Of a stretch of DNA of 64,000 nucleotides, positions 20,304-29,689 are shown one piece after another. This DNA is from a virus, in IMG/VR virus record IMGVR_UViG_3300044984_003188; one strand, 5' to 3'. The notes under the pieces were generated by a model. That model worked only from the letters and a program-made list of their open reading frames with translations, did not search any database and was not told the DNA's origin. The stretch's first letter is position 1. Every line of letters starts with the position of its first letter. The position numbers were made by a program, and so were the translations under genes.

Positions 20304-22141
20304 TAACTGTTTCACAGGTAATTAATACTCAGAGCTTTGGTGTTTGGCTTGAAAGAACAAATCAAGTCATCAGCATCATTTCGCAAAATACTGTCACAAC
20401 AGATTCAAGTACCGGTGGTTCACTTACCACTGGTAATTCTTATGTCAATGGCTACTTTGGTGCAAATTATGTTACCGTAAATACCGCCATTCGAGGTGGT
20501 AATCTTACTACCAGCGCCACACTTTCTATTAGTTCAAATGCAACTTTTAGTGGTGCAGTCAATACTGCAGGTCTTGTAAGTGCACTTAGTGGGATCAACA
20601 TAACCGGATCCGCAAACGTAAGCTCAGTACTAAATGTTGGTTCAAATGTTTCGGTGAATACCACACAAATAGGCATAGGTAATTCTACGGTAAATTCTGC
20701 TATCACAGCTGCTCAAATGGTGGTGGCAAACTCTACCAATACCGCAACATTGAATCCAATAAGTTTGACCATTGGTACCACCGTAGTAAACACCTCTACT
20801 GTGGCTGTTGGAACATCAACTGTAAATTCTAGCTTGGTAAATACGGCCGCTATCAATATTACGGGTCAAGTAAATGCTGCAACTTTGTTTGTTTCCACAT
20901 CAGCAAATGTAGGATCAAATGTTCAGCTCACTACAAGTCAATTGGCAATTGGTAATTCAACCGTAAATGCTATAGCAAATTCTACCACAATAAGATTAGC
21001 AAATTCTACAAATACCGTTACCTTAACCCCTGTCAGCATTACATTAGGCACAACTGTTGTAAACACAACCGCACTTGCTTTGGGATCATCATTCACAGCA
21101 AATAGTACTAGAGTTGTTCTTGCCACTACTGCTGGTTTACAGGTGAACGGATCAATCGGTACCGCTGGGCAATTCTTGCTCTCTAATGGCACAACTGCTT
21201 ATTGGTCTACGGTCACCACAGGATCTGTTACTTCTGTCGCCTCTGGTTCTGGTTTGACTGGTGGTCCAATCACATCAACTGGCACAATTTCAGTCCTTGC
21301 AAATTCTGGTATAATTGCAAATACCACTGGTATATTTGTAAATCCAAATACTGGTATAGTAGTAAATACCGCTGGTGTTTTTGTAAATGCAACTTATATT
21401 GGCACTCTCTCTGTTAATAATGCAACTTATCTGAATGGTCAATTAGCATCTTACTATACAAATGCCACAAATATTACCACAGGCACATTAAATACCGCTA
21501 GACTTCCTGCGACTGTAAATGTTGCAACTCTTCTGAATGTCGGTGCAAATGTAAATATCAATACATCCACCATATTTGTCGGCAATTCTTCCACAAATGT
21601 TATTGCTAATTCTTCCGCTCTTACTATTGGCGCAACATCTGTCAATAGCACAATGGTTAATTCCGGATCCGTAAATACCAATCTGCTTGCCGTATCAGGG
21701 AATGCCACATTTGCTAGCAATGTCAGTCTGACTTCTGGTTTACTTGTCGTTACAAATAATGCTACATTCTCTTCAAATGTTTCGGTTGCAAAAGTCCTTC
21801 TGGTTAATAATTCGCACTATTCTTCAAATGCTTATACTTTCAATAATTCAACTGCACGTGCTGTAGTTGATGTATTTGATACCGCAACTTATAGATCAGC
21901 TGAATATTTGATCCAGGTCACAGATTCTACAACAACCCCAAGGTCTTATCAGATAACTAAAATGACAGTTGTTCATGATAATACCACACCTTACTCAACC
22001 GAATATAGCAATATCTACACAAATATTCCAATGGGAAATTTTGATGTAAATATTGACACCGCAAATAATTTTCAATTGAGATTTACACCTACAACTGCAA
22101 ATTCTGTGGTCAAACTTTCTAGAAATTCAATTGTGGTTTAA
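20300..22141 (+). CDS. Fibre-like virion protein, N/S/T/V-rich
   Basis: N-terminal SFGVWLERTN anchor; repetitive beta-rich body; C-terminal DTATYRSAEYLIQ domain. Confidence 0.65.
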   Translation: MITVSQVINTQSFGVWLERTNQVISIISQNTVTTDSSTGGSLTTGNSYVNGYFGANYVTVNTAIRGGNLTTSATLSISSNATFSGAVNTAGLVSALSGINITGSANVSSVLNVGSNVSVNTTQIGIGNSTVNSAITAAQMVVANSTNTATLNPISLTIGTTVVNTSTVAVGTSTVNSSLVNTAAINITGQVNAATLFVSTSANVGSNVQLTTSQLAIGNSTVNAIANSTTIRLANSTNTVTLTPVSITLGTTVVNTTALALGSSFTANSTRVVLATTAGLQVNGSIGTAGQFLLSNGTTAYWSTVTTGSVTSVASGSGLTGGPITSTGTISVLANSGIIANTTGIFVNPNTGIVVNTAGVFVNATYIGTLSVNNATYLNGQLASYYTNATNITTGTLNTARLPATVNVATLLNVGANVNINTSTIFVGNSSTNVIANSSALTIGATSVNSTMVNSGSVNTNLLAVSGNATFASNVSLTSGLLVVTNNATFSSNVSVAKVLLVNNSHYSSNAYTFNNSTARAVVDVFDTATYRSAEYLIQVTDSTTTPRSYQITKMTVVHDNTTPYSTEYSNIYTNIPMGNFDVNIDTANNFQLRFTPTTANSVVKLSRNSIVV

Positions 22142-22153
22142 TGGAGAAAAACA

Positions 22154-22477
22154 ATGGCTGTAAAAACTAATATAGTCATAGATCAGGGCACTGATTTCAA
22201 CTCATCATTTACTTTTACCGATGAATCGGATGAGCCCATTGATTTTTCTATATACACCGCAAACTCACAATTAAGAAAAACCTATACATCTAGCATTTCT
22301 TATACCTTTCAAACTAGTTTAACTAATAATGGCATTATAATTTTATCGATGAATGCAGCCACAACATCCAATCTTTCTCCAGGAAGATATGTCTATGATT
22401 TAGAAGTTGAAGCCGCAGGTGTCAGATCCAGATTAGTAGAAGGTGTTGTAACGGTGACACCACAAGTCACTAGATGA
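22154..22477 (+). CDS. Small conserved virion/adaptor protein
   Basis: NIVIDQGTDF...GRYVYDLEV...RLVEGVVTVTPQVT, a family common in T4-like fibre regions; GGAG RBS. Confidence 0.7.
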   Translation: MAVKTNIVIDQGTDFNSSFTFTDESDEPIDFSIYTANSQLRKTYTSSISYTFQTSLTNNGIIILSMNAATTSNLSPGRYVYDLEVEAAGVRSRLVEGVVTVTPQVTR

Positions 22478-22516
22478 TTTTGTTTTTTTAATAAATAAAA
22501 ATAAAAGGGTTTTTAA

Positions 22517-23830
22517 ATGACTGAATATAATTTCATCGTAAAGAATGGGATAGTGGTAAATACTGCATTTACCGCTAATTCCACAGTGCTGACAGCAAAT
22601 GGTGTGACTATTAATTCTACCGCTGCTACATTTTCTGGTAATGTCAGTGGCACGCTTATTACAGCTTCACAACCATATATCACAGCTAATAATGCAAATT
22701 TTGTTGGAAGCACATCAGCCGCAAATGTTGTATCCAATTCTCAACTACAATCCAATCTAGCAAATTATGCACAGCTAGCAGGTGGCACATTTACCGGACC
22801 AACCAATTTCAATGCCAATGTAACAATTACCGGTAATCTAATTGTCACCGGCACCACTATATCCGCAAATGTCACAAACCTAGATGTAAAAGATCTTAAT
22901 ATTACAGTCGCTAAAGGTGTCGCCACCGCAGCTGCAGCTGATGGTGCAGGTCTTACCGTTGACACAGCAAATGTTACTTGGAATTATAATAATGCTACAA
23001 ACAGCTGGCAATCAAATGTCAATATAACTCCATCAAGCAATAATAATTTAAATCTTGGTACTAGTGCTCTTATATTTGCAAATGTCTATGCAAATAATGT
23101 CATGGGCACAAATCTTTATGGTACATTACAAACCACTTCTCAACCAAATATCACAGCTAATAATGCAAATTTTGTAAAAGCAAATAACGGTATCACATCA
23201 AATTCTTTCGGTGTTTTTGTCACCCAAGGAACTGGTGTTGTGGTAAATGCTACTGGTGTCCATGTAAATGCTACATATGTTGGCACTTTGACAGCAAATA
23301 ATGCTAATAATCTAAATGGTCAGCCTGCATCTTTTTATACAAATGCCACTAATATTACCACGGGCACTCTAGGTACCGCTAGACTTCCTGCAACTGTGAA
23401 TGTGGCAACCGTTGTAAATGTCGGTGCAAATGTAAATATCAATACAACTGCAATTGCAGTTGGCAATTCAACAGTTAACACATTTATCACATCGACTGAA
23501 ATTGATTTACCTTTTGCAATAATGAGTTCAGGTAATCTGGTTACCTCTGCAACAACCGCTAATCAAACTTTAGATCAATTTCCATTTGCCACATATAAAG
23601 CAGCCGAATATTTCATATATATTGCATCTGGGGCTGCATTTCAAATATCAAAACTATCTGTATTGACCGATGGCACAACTGCTTATTCAACTGAATATTC
23701 TACCATGATAACCTCTGCAACATTGGCTTCATTTGATGTTTCAATATCAGGTGCAAATGTGCTTATTAGAACAACACCTGTAAATGCAATTACTACATAT
23801 AAACTTCACAAGAAATTAATCAACATTTAA
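22517..23830 (+). CDS. Fibre-like virion protein
   Basis: N-terminal NFIVKNG motif; ADGAGLTV motif; C-terminal domain paralogous to that of 20300..22141. Confidence 0.65.
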   Translation: MTEYNFIVKNGIVVNTAFTANSTVLTANGVTINSTAATFSGNVSGTLITASQPYITANNANFVGSTSAANVVSNSQLQSNLANYAQLAGGTFTGPTNFNANVTITGNLIVTGTTISANVTNLDVKDLNITVAKGVATAAAADGAGLTVDTANVTWNYNNATNSWQSNVNITPSSNNNLNLGTSALIFANVYANNVMGTNLYGTLQTTSQPNITANNANFVKANNGITSNSFGVFVTQGTGVVVNATGVHVNATYVGTLTANNANNLNGQPASFYTNATNITTGTLGTARLPATVNVATVVNVGANVNINTTAIAVGNSTVNTFITSTEIDLPFAIMSSGNLVTSATTANQTLDQFPFATYKAAEYFIYIASGAAFQISKLSVLTDGTTAYSTEYSTMITSATLASFDVSISGANVLIRTTPVNAITTYKLHKKLINI

Positions 23831-23841
23831 TTTCTGAAACA

Positions 23842-23858
23842 CGGGGATAGTGAACCGA
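23842..23858 (+). promoter_or_regulatory. Conserved RBS-overlapping motif, copy 1
   Basis: CGGGGATAGTGAACCGA running into the ATG. Confidence 0.5.
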
Positions 23859-25384
23859 TGTCTATACCACAACCTTCAATGACCGTTAATTTTTCTAGAA
23901 CTCCGGATTATCTGGATTCCAGAATTACTTTTTCTAGAACATCAAATGCTACATTTGTCAACGATAATCGACTAATTGCCACTGCAAATATTAATACACC
24001 AAGATTTGAATACTCATCTTCAAATGGTATTCTGCTTGGTCTTCTAAGTGAAGAACAAAGAATCAACTATATACTTCAAAGTGAGAATTTCTCCACCACT
24101 TGGTCTGCAACAAATATTACAGTTTCAAATAACTATACAACAGCACCAGATGGAAACTTCACAGCGGATCTTCTTTCAGAAGGTATTGCCAATACTGCTT
24201 TGATGACACAACCCGTAACGGTTGCAACCGCAAACCTAGGTGCTGGTTCCATTTTCCTTAAAGCAGGACCAAATGTTAGTACTACTTGGGTAAAGGTATT
24301 TGTATCAGGTGCTGGCGCTGCAAATGGTGCAGCTGCATGGTTTAATTTAAGCACCGGTGCACTTGGATCCAATTCCATTATTGGTGGTGGATCTCAACCA
24401 ATAGCCGTAATTGATAGTTTTGTCGATGGTTGGTATAGATGCAGAGTCTCAGCAAATTGCCCTGGTGAAACAGCACTGAGTTTAAGTTTTCATTCTGCAT
24501 CAGCCGATGGTTCTAATACTCGAGTAAATAATGCCACTTATTATGCTTGGGGTGGTCAATTGGAAAATGCTAGACTATCTACTAGCTATATTCCAACAAC
24601 AACTTCTACCGCCACCAGAGCTGCTGATAGAATTGCAATTGAAGGCACCCAATTTGCAAATGTTTATAATACCAGACTTGGTGATGGAACAGTACTATTA
24701 AATATTAATTTTCCGCCTGAATTTGCTCTTGATGATACCACACGTGATATTATAGGTTTAAGTACATCAAATTCATTTACTAAAAGCATATATTTAGCAC
24801 AATCAAATGCTACTTCATATTGGACATTCGTTGGCGGCTTCGGTGTTTATGCTACCAGTGTGGCAGCAGGACCAAATGTTATTGCATTGACATATAGCAC
24901 GCTATCAAACTATATCAAACCCTATAGAAATGGTGTATCATCTATATCCACAGGAAATTATACAAAAAGTATCACTGCAAATACGGCAGGTGTAAATGCC
25001 ACAGCAGACGTAATTCTTTTAGCTACTGCTAGTGGCTCCTTTGTATCAGGTGAAAGAGTTTATTATCGTGTTCCAACAGGCAATACCGCAATTGGTGGAC
25101 TTACCGGTAATAGCTATTATTACGTTTCATTTTCTAATACCACATCTTTTGCACTATCTGCAACTCCTGGTGGAGCAAATATTGATCTAACAGAAGCAAG
25201 AACTACAAATCCAGGTGAAGCGCATAGTATGATTCTCAATATAGCAACACCTTATGATAGAATCTATCTTGGTTCTCTATGGACTTTTGGTTCTGGTTCT
25301 GGCCTGAATGGTCATTTTAAAAAGTTTGCATATTATCCAGCTGTATTAAGTAATACCCAAATGCAAGCCATAACTTCAGTATAA
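23858..25384 (+). CDS. Putative receptor/carbohydrate-binding fibre protein (beta-sandwich, LamG-like C-terminus)
   Basis: FSRTSNAT...PRFEY...GLLSEEQRIN, GWYRC, WGGQLE..SYIPTT..ATRAAD; paralogous to the gp7 C-terminus. Confidence 0.6.
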   Translation: MSIPQPSMTVNFSRTPDYLDSRITFSRTSNATFVNDNRLIATANINTPRFEYSSSNGILLGLLSEEQRINYILQSENFSTTWSATNITVSNNYTTAPDGNFTADLLSEGIANTALMTQPVTVATANLGAGSIFLKAGPNVSTTWVKVFVSGAGAANGAAAWFNLSTGALGSNSIIGGGSQPIAVIDSFVDGWYRCRVSANCPGETALSLSFHSASADGSNTRVNNATYYAWGGQLENARLSTSYIPTTTSTATRAADRIAIEGTQFANVYNTRLGDGTVLLNINFPPEFALDDTTRDIIGLSTSNSFTKSIYLAQSNATSYWTFVGGFGVYATSVAAGPNVIALTYSTLSNYIKPYRNGVSSISTGNYTKSITANTAGVNATADVILLATASGSFVSGERVYYRVPTGNTAIGGLTGNSYYYVSFSNTTSFALSATPGGANIDLTEARTTNPGEAHSMILNIATPYDRIYLGSLWTFGSGSGLNGHFKKFAYYPAVLSNTQMQAITSV

Positions 25385-25388
25385 GGGC

Positions 25389-25634
25389 ATGAATATGTTT
25401 GACTATTTTATTAAAGAAAAAACAGAAAAAACTTGGATAAACAATGCAGTACTAGATGGTGTTCTTATCCAGAATGATAACGGTGAATACCATTCAAATT
25501 ATAGCATTGATATTATTGGCGCTATTCCAGACATTACCGGTTACCATGTAAATATTAGATCACAAGAACCAATAGAGTTCAAAAATCTCACCACAATACC
25601 GGCGCCAAGTACACCAATGCGTGTTTGGTTATAA
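25389..25634 (+). CDS. Small hypothetical partner of the preceding fibre protein
   Basis: 81 aa; IDIIG...GYHVNIR...P.TPMRVW; AAGG RBS. Confidence 0.55.
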   Translation: MNMFDYFIKEKTEKTWINNAVLDGVLIQNDNGEYHSNYSIDIIGAIPDITGYHVNIRSQEPIEFKNLTTIPAPSTPMRVWL

Positions 25635-25637
25635 ATA
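25630..25637 (+). promoter_or_regulatory. T4-type late promoter
   Basis: TATAAATA about 40 nt upstream of the tailspike gene. Confidence 0.75.
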
Positions 25638-25653
25638 ATAAAAATTGCAATTT

Positions 25654-25670
25654 CGGGGACAGGGAACCGA
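25654..25670 (+). promoter_or_regulatory. Conserved RBS-overlapping motif, copy 2
   Basis: CGGGGACAGGGAACCGA 3 nt before the ATG. Confidence 0.5.
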
Positions 25671-25673
25671 TAA

Positions 25674-28600
25674 ATGGCCGAATCTAATTTCATTGTAAAA
25701 AATGGCTTGGTGGTAAATACTTCATTTACTGCCAATTCAACAGTATTGCAAGCAAATGGCTTGACAGTCAATTCTACACTTGCAAACGTTGCCGGTGGTT
25801 TAATTTCTGCTAATCTTACCACGCAAAATATTGGCGTAGGCGCAAATATACAGCTTACCACAACCCAACTTTTTGCCGGCAATTCAACTGCAAATCTCAT
25901 TGCTAACTCAACACAAGTAAGATTGGCAAATTCCACTAACACTGCAACTTTAAGCCCAGTAAGTTTAACTGTAGGCACCACAGTTGTAAACACCACTACA
26001 ATTTCAGCTGGTGCTTTTACAGCAAATAATACATTAGTAAATGCTGCAGCTGTCAATATTTCCGGTCAGGTAAATACAGCCACATTTTTTGCCACTACTT
26101 CTGCAAATGTGGGTGCTAATGTTCAATTGACCACAAGTCAACTTTTCATTGGTAATTCATCCGTAAATGCAACAGTAAATTCAACTGCATTTTCAGGTAG
26201 AGCAAATACAGCAAATACCCTAGTAAATACTGATGGTGTTGGTATTGACCCACTCTATCTTCCAAGAGCAATTGATCTCGGTACCGCCGCATTTGTTGAT
26301 ATTGATGCACTTTATCAAATCAAAGCATCAAATACCACAACATATAGAAGCGTCCAAGAAAGAGCAGCCGAACTTTATAACGTAAAAGATTATGGTGCTG
26401 TTGGTGATGGTGTTGCGGATGATAGAGCAGCAATTCAAACTACAATTGATGCTGTATATTCATCAGGAAAAGCCGCTTCTGTTTATATTCCATCAGGTAA
26501 CTATAAGATTGGAAAAACAGCAAACACTACTGGTATTGCCGATACTCTTGCTACAAATGGATTGATTACATATCCGTCTGTAAAGATTAAAGGTGAGCAA
26601 GGATCCACAACTCTCCTTGCTGGCAATAATGATATGACAATCATCGGATATAGAAATCTGGGAACATATCAACTAGCAAATGTGGTTTCAGCAAATATTT
26701 CCGGTACCACAGGGACAATTGTATTCAACTCTGCACACGGGCTTGTAACTAATAATAAAATTCGACTAATTGATTTTACTCCAGCTGCTTGGAATTCATC
26801 AAGTCTTTATACCGTCACAGTTTCAAATACCACAGCCGTTACGGTTACCGTACCTGGAGGCACTGCAAATGCCACAATTATGGGTACCGCTTGGTTTTCT
26901 AAATCAAATGCTAATAATGATCCTATTGACAATAATGGTGTTTCTAATTTCTATATTCAGGATATTAACTTCTCTAGTGCACTTGATACCTCTGATGAAT
27001 TTTACACAAATTGTACCGCTATTGCTCTAGTCGGTGATGTTGTGCAAAGCAACACAACTGTTTACAGCCCAACTGAATCTAGAATTGCCACCGTAAATCT
27101 TAAAGATATCTACATTACAGGTCTCAGAACTTATAGAAACGGTGTCTATCTAAGATATTGTGCTGGCACAACAATCAATAATGTAAAGATTCAAAGAGCA
27201 TTCAATGGCTTTGTCATTGATCGTTGCGGTGATACGGACTTCTCTGATTGTGAAGTATTCAATGGTATTACATGGTACCCAAGTATACTATCAATAACCC
27301 GCTCTGGTGCTACTGCTCCACAAACTGCAACTATCACATTTGATGATAAGCATGGCTCTAGAGTAGGCGATCAGATCAAACTCCATAATTTCCAAACTAT
27401 TGAGTGGAATCAAGAAGCAGATGTAACAAATAATCTATTCATTGTTACTTCCGTAACGGATAAAACTATCACTTTCAATACGGCTGCAGCTGGTGGAACT
27501 CCACTTCCTGCTCCAGTTGTTGGATCTGGAACAATTTATTCTATAAACAATGTTGGTTATAAGATCATCGGTGCACCATTTGCTTATGACGAAGGTGTTC
27601 GCATGGTAAACACCAATGTCAATGGGCAAGCTATAGGTCTATGGGTTCAAGGCCAAGAATGGGGTACTGCCGCATCTTGTTCTTTCTCTACTGCATTTGG
27701 TGGTGCTGCTATTTTCCAAGGGCTTTCATCCACATTGACCACTGCAAACTGGCGTTTGTCAGCATGTGATTTCTCTACTTCATATCCATCTATTTCAGGT
27801 GATGTTGTTGTAGGCAATCCTACCAAGCCAGGTGTCATTGTTGATGAAAACTGCTTCAATATTCTATTCAGCGGCTGTTATTTTGCTCTTAGCAGATCCG
27901 GTGCTGCAATTTATGGTAGAGAATGCTCTATTGTAGGAAGCTACTTCCTTGCAAATTATGATAATGATATTCTTCTATCAAATGCTAGAAACATTACAGT
28001 GGCAGATAATATCACTTCTAGCGCTGCAGCCACTAGTGCTAGATTTAATGCAAATACATCTGTTGATGGCGCCGCTGATTCCATCTTCCTAGGTTGGACT
28101 AATCAGAATTTTGCAAATGGTGATTATGTTTATTACACCGTTTCAACCGGTAATACTGCTGTTTCTGGTCTAACTGGAAATAGTTATTATTACATTGTTG
28201 GGGCAAATACAAATGTAGTCAAACTTTCTGCAACTGCCGGTGGTGCAGCCTGTAATATCACTGCATCAGCAACTTCTGAAAATGGGCATTTCTTATCTGC
28301 CATTAGCTCTAAAACATTCTCCATTAATGAAACCGGATCTAGTGTTGGTAATATCATTGTAGGAAATAAATATTCTTCACAGGTCACCACACCTTCCAGA
28401 ACTACAATTTGGAAGAATAATGCAAATCCACTTGATGAAGATGGTCAAAGCAGAAAAGTTAGATTAGGTGTTGGAACATCCATGGTCTATAGTGGATTTG
28501 GTCCACAATACTTTATTGCTAATAGCACATTTGTAAATCTAACAAATGAAACAATACAAATCAGTGCTGCATCACTAGGTGGATGGGCTGCAAATGATGT

Positions 28601-29669
28601 ATTTGCTGTAAATGATGTAATTTATTATAGAGCATTTGCAGAATCTGGTAATTCACCAATTGGTGGTCTAGCAAATGTAGGTTCTTACTATGTTTCATTT
28701 GCAAATGCTACACACATTGCTCTTTCCAATACTTTGGGTGGTGCAAATATCAATTTGACATCAGTACCATCTGGCTCACAAATTCAATGGATTTATCCAA
28801 ATGAAGATAATTTTGTTCAATTCAGTGCAGATAGAGTAGCAGTTATTGGTAAAAATAATCAGATTACCATAAGCGGAAAAACACCTGATATCACAATTGG
28901 TACTATTACCGGTAATAGTACCATCACTGGTAATAATGTGGTGCTGGTAAGTTATGCAAATACCCTAATCACGGCTGCAAATGCAGGTGCTTACATCACC
29001 GGTAATACTACTGCTCAAATTACCGCACAAGGCGCCGCTGGCAACGTTGTCATCTCAGCTATTAAAAATGTTGATATTAGCTCCAGTTCTGGAAATGTCT
29101 TTATCTATTCTGGTTCTGGGCAAGCAAATGTTTATGTTGCAAATACCATTTCTATCACTTCTGTTACCGGAAATGTAAATATTACCAGTTCAAGATTGAA
29201 TCTTGTTCAATCCAGCAGAATCATTGATCTTGCCGGTAATACTTCAATTCAGTCTAGTGGAAATGTAATTATCAATGCAAATAATATCGGATTCTTTGGT
29301 GGTAATACTGGTGCGTATTTACAATCTGTTACAGGAAATGTAAATATTACTACAAATTCCGGCAATCTTTATTTCTACACTGGTTCTGGACAAGCAAATG
29401 TTTATGTTGCAAATCAGATCTCTATCACATCTGTAACAAATACCGTAAGCATTGTCTCCGCAGGAAATATCACTATTCAGCCGAGCACTGGTATAATAAA
29501 TATCCCTGGGTCAAGCCAAATACAGATTAATGGAACAAAGGTTATTGGAACTCGTGGCGCCGCAATTGCAGACGCAATTACTGGTGCTAGTGCAACGGCA
29601 AATAATGCTGCAAATACTGTGAATTTAATATTGGCTGCTCTAAGAACACACGGTCTAATTGCTCCATAA
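25674..29669 (+). CDS. Tailspike-like protein with a pectate-lyase-3-type beta-helix (putative depolymerase)
   Basis: YNVKDYGAVGDGVADDRAAIQ...VYIPSGNYKI followed by beta-helix-like repeats. Confidence 0.75.
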   Translation: MAESNFIVKNGLVVNTSFTANSTVLQANGLTVNSTLANVAGGLISANLTTQNIGVGANIQLTTTQLFAGNSTANLIANSTQVRLANSTNTATLSPVSLTVGTTVVNTTTISAGAFTANNTLVNAAAVNISGQVNTATFFATTSANVGANVQLTTSQLFIGNSSVNATVNSTAFSGRANTANTLVNTDGVGIDPLYLPRAIDLGTAAFVDIDALYQIKASNTTTYRSVQERAAELYNVKDYGAVGDGVADDRAAIQTTIDAVYSSGKAASVYIPSGNYKIGKTANTTGIADTLATNGLITYPSVKIKGEQGSTTLLAGNNDMTIIGYRNLGTYQLANVVSANISGTTGTIVFNSAHGLVTNNKIRLIDFTPAAWNSSSLYTVTVSNTTAVTVTVPGGTANATIMGTAWFSKSNANNDPIDNNGVSNFYIQDINFSSALDTSDEFYTNCTAIALVGDVVQSNTTVYSPTESRIATVNLKDIYITGLRTYRNGVYLRYCAGTTINNVKIQRAFNGFVIDRCGDTDFSDCEVFNGITWYPSILSITRSGATAPQTATITFDDKHGSRVGDQIKLHNFQTIEWNQEADVTNNLFIVTSVTDKTITFNTAAAGGTPLPAPVVGSGTIYSINNVGYKIIGAPFAYDEGVRMVNTNVNGQAIGLWVQGQEWGTAASCSFSTAFGGAAIFQGLSSTLTTANWRLSACDFSTSYPSISGDVVVGNPTKPGVIVDENCFNILFSGCYFALSRSGAAIYGRECSIVGSYFLANYDNDILLSNARNITVADNITSSAAATSARFNANTSVDGAADSIFLGWTNQNFANGDYVYYTVSTGNTAVSGLTGNSYYYIVGANTNVVKLSATAGGAACNITASATSENGHFLSAISSKTFSINETGSSVGNIIVGNKYSSQVTTPSRTTIWKNNANPLDEDGQSRKVRLGVGTSMVYSGFGPQYFIANSTFVNLTNETIQISAASLGGWAANDVFAVNDVIYYRAFAESGNSPIGGLANVGSYYVSFANATHIALSNTLGGANINLTSVPSGSQIQWIYPNEDNFVQFSADRVAVIGKNNQITISGKTPDITIGTITGNSTITGNNVVLVSYANTLITAANAGAYITGNTTAQITAQGAAGNVVISAIKNVDISSSSGNVFIYSGSGQANVYVANTISITSVTGNVNITSSRLNLVQSSRIIDLAGNTSIQSSGNVIINANNIGFFGGNTGAYLQSVTGNVNITTNSGNLYFYTGSGQANVYVANQISITSVTNTVSIVSAGNITIQPSTGIINIPGSSQIQINGTKVIGTRGAAIADAITGASATANNAANTVNLILAALRTHGLIAP

Positions 29670-29689
29670 TGGGCACCGGAGATTATTAA

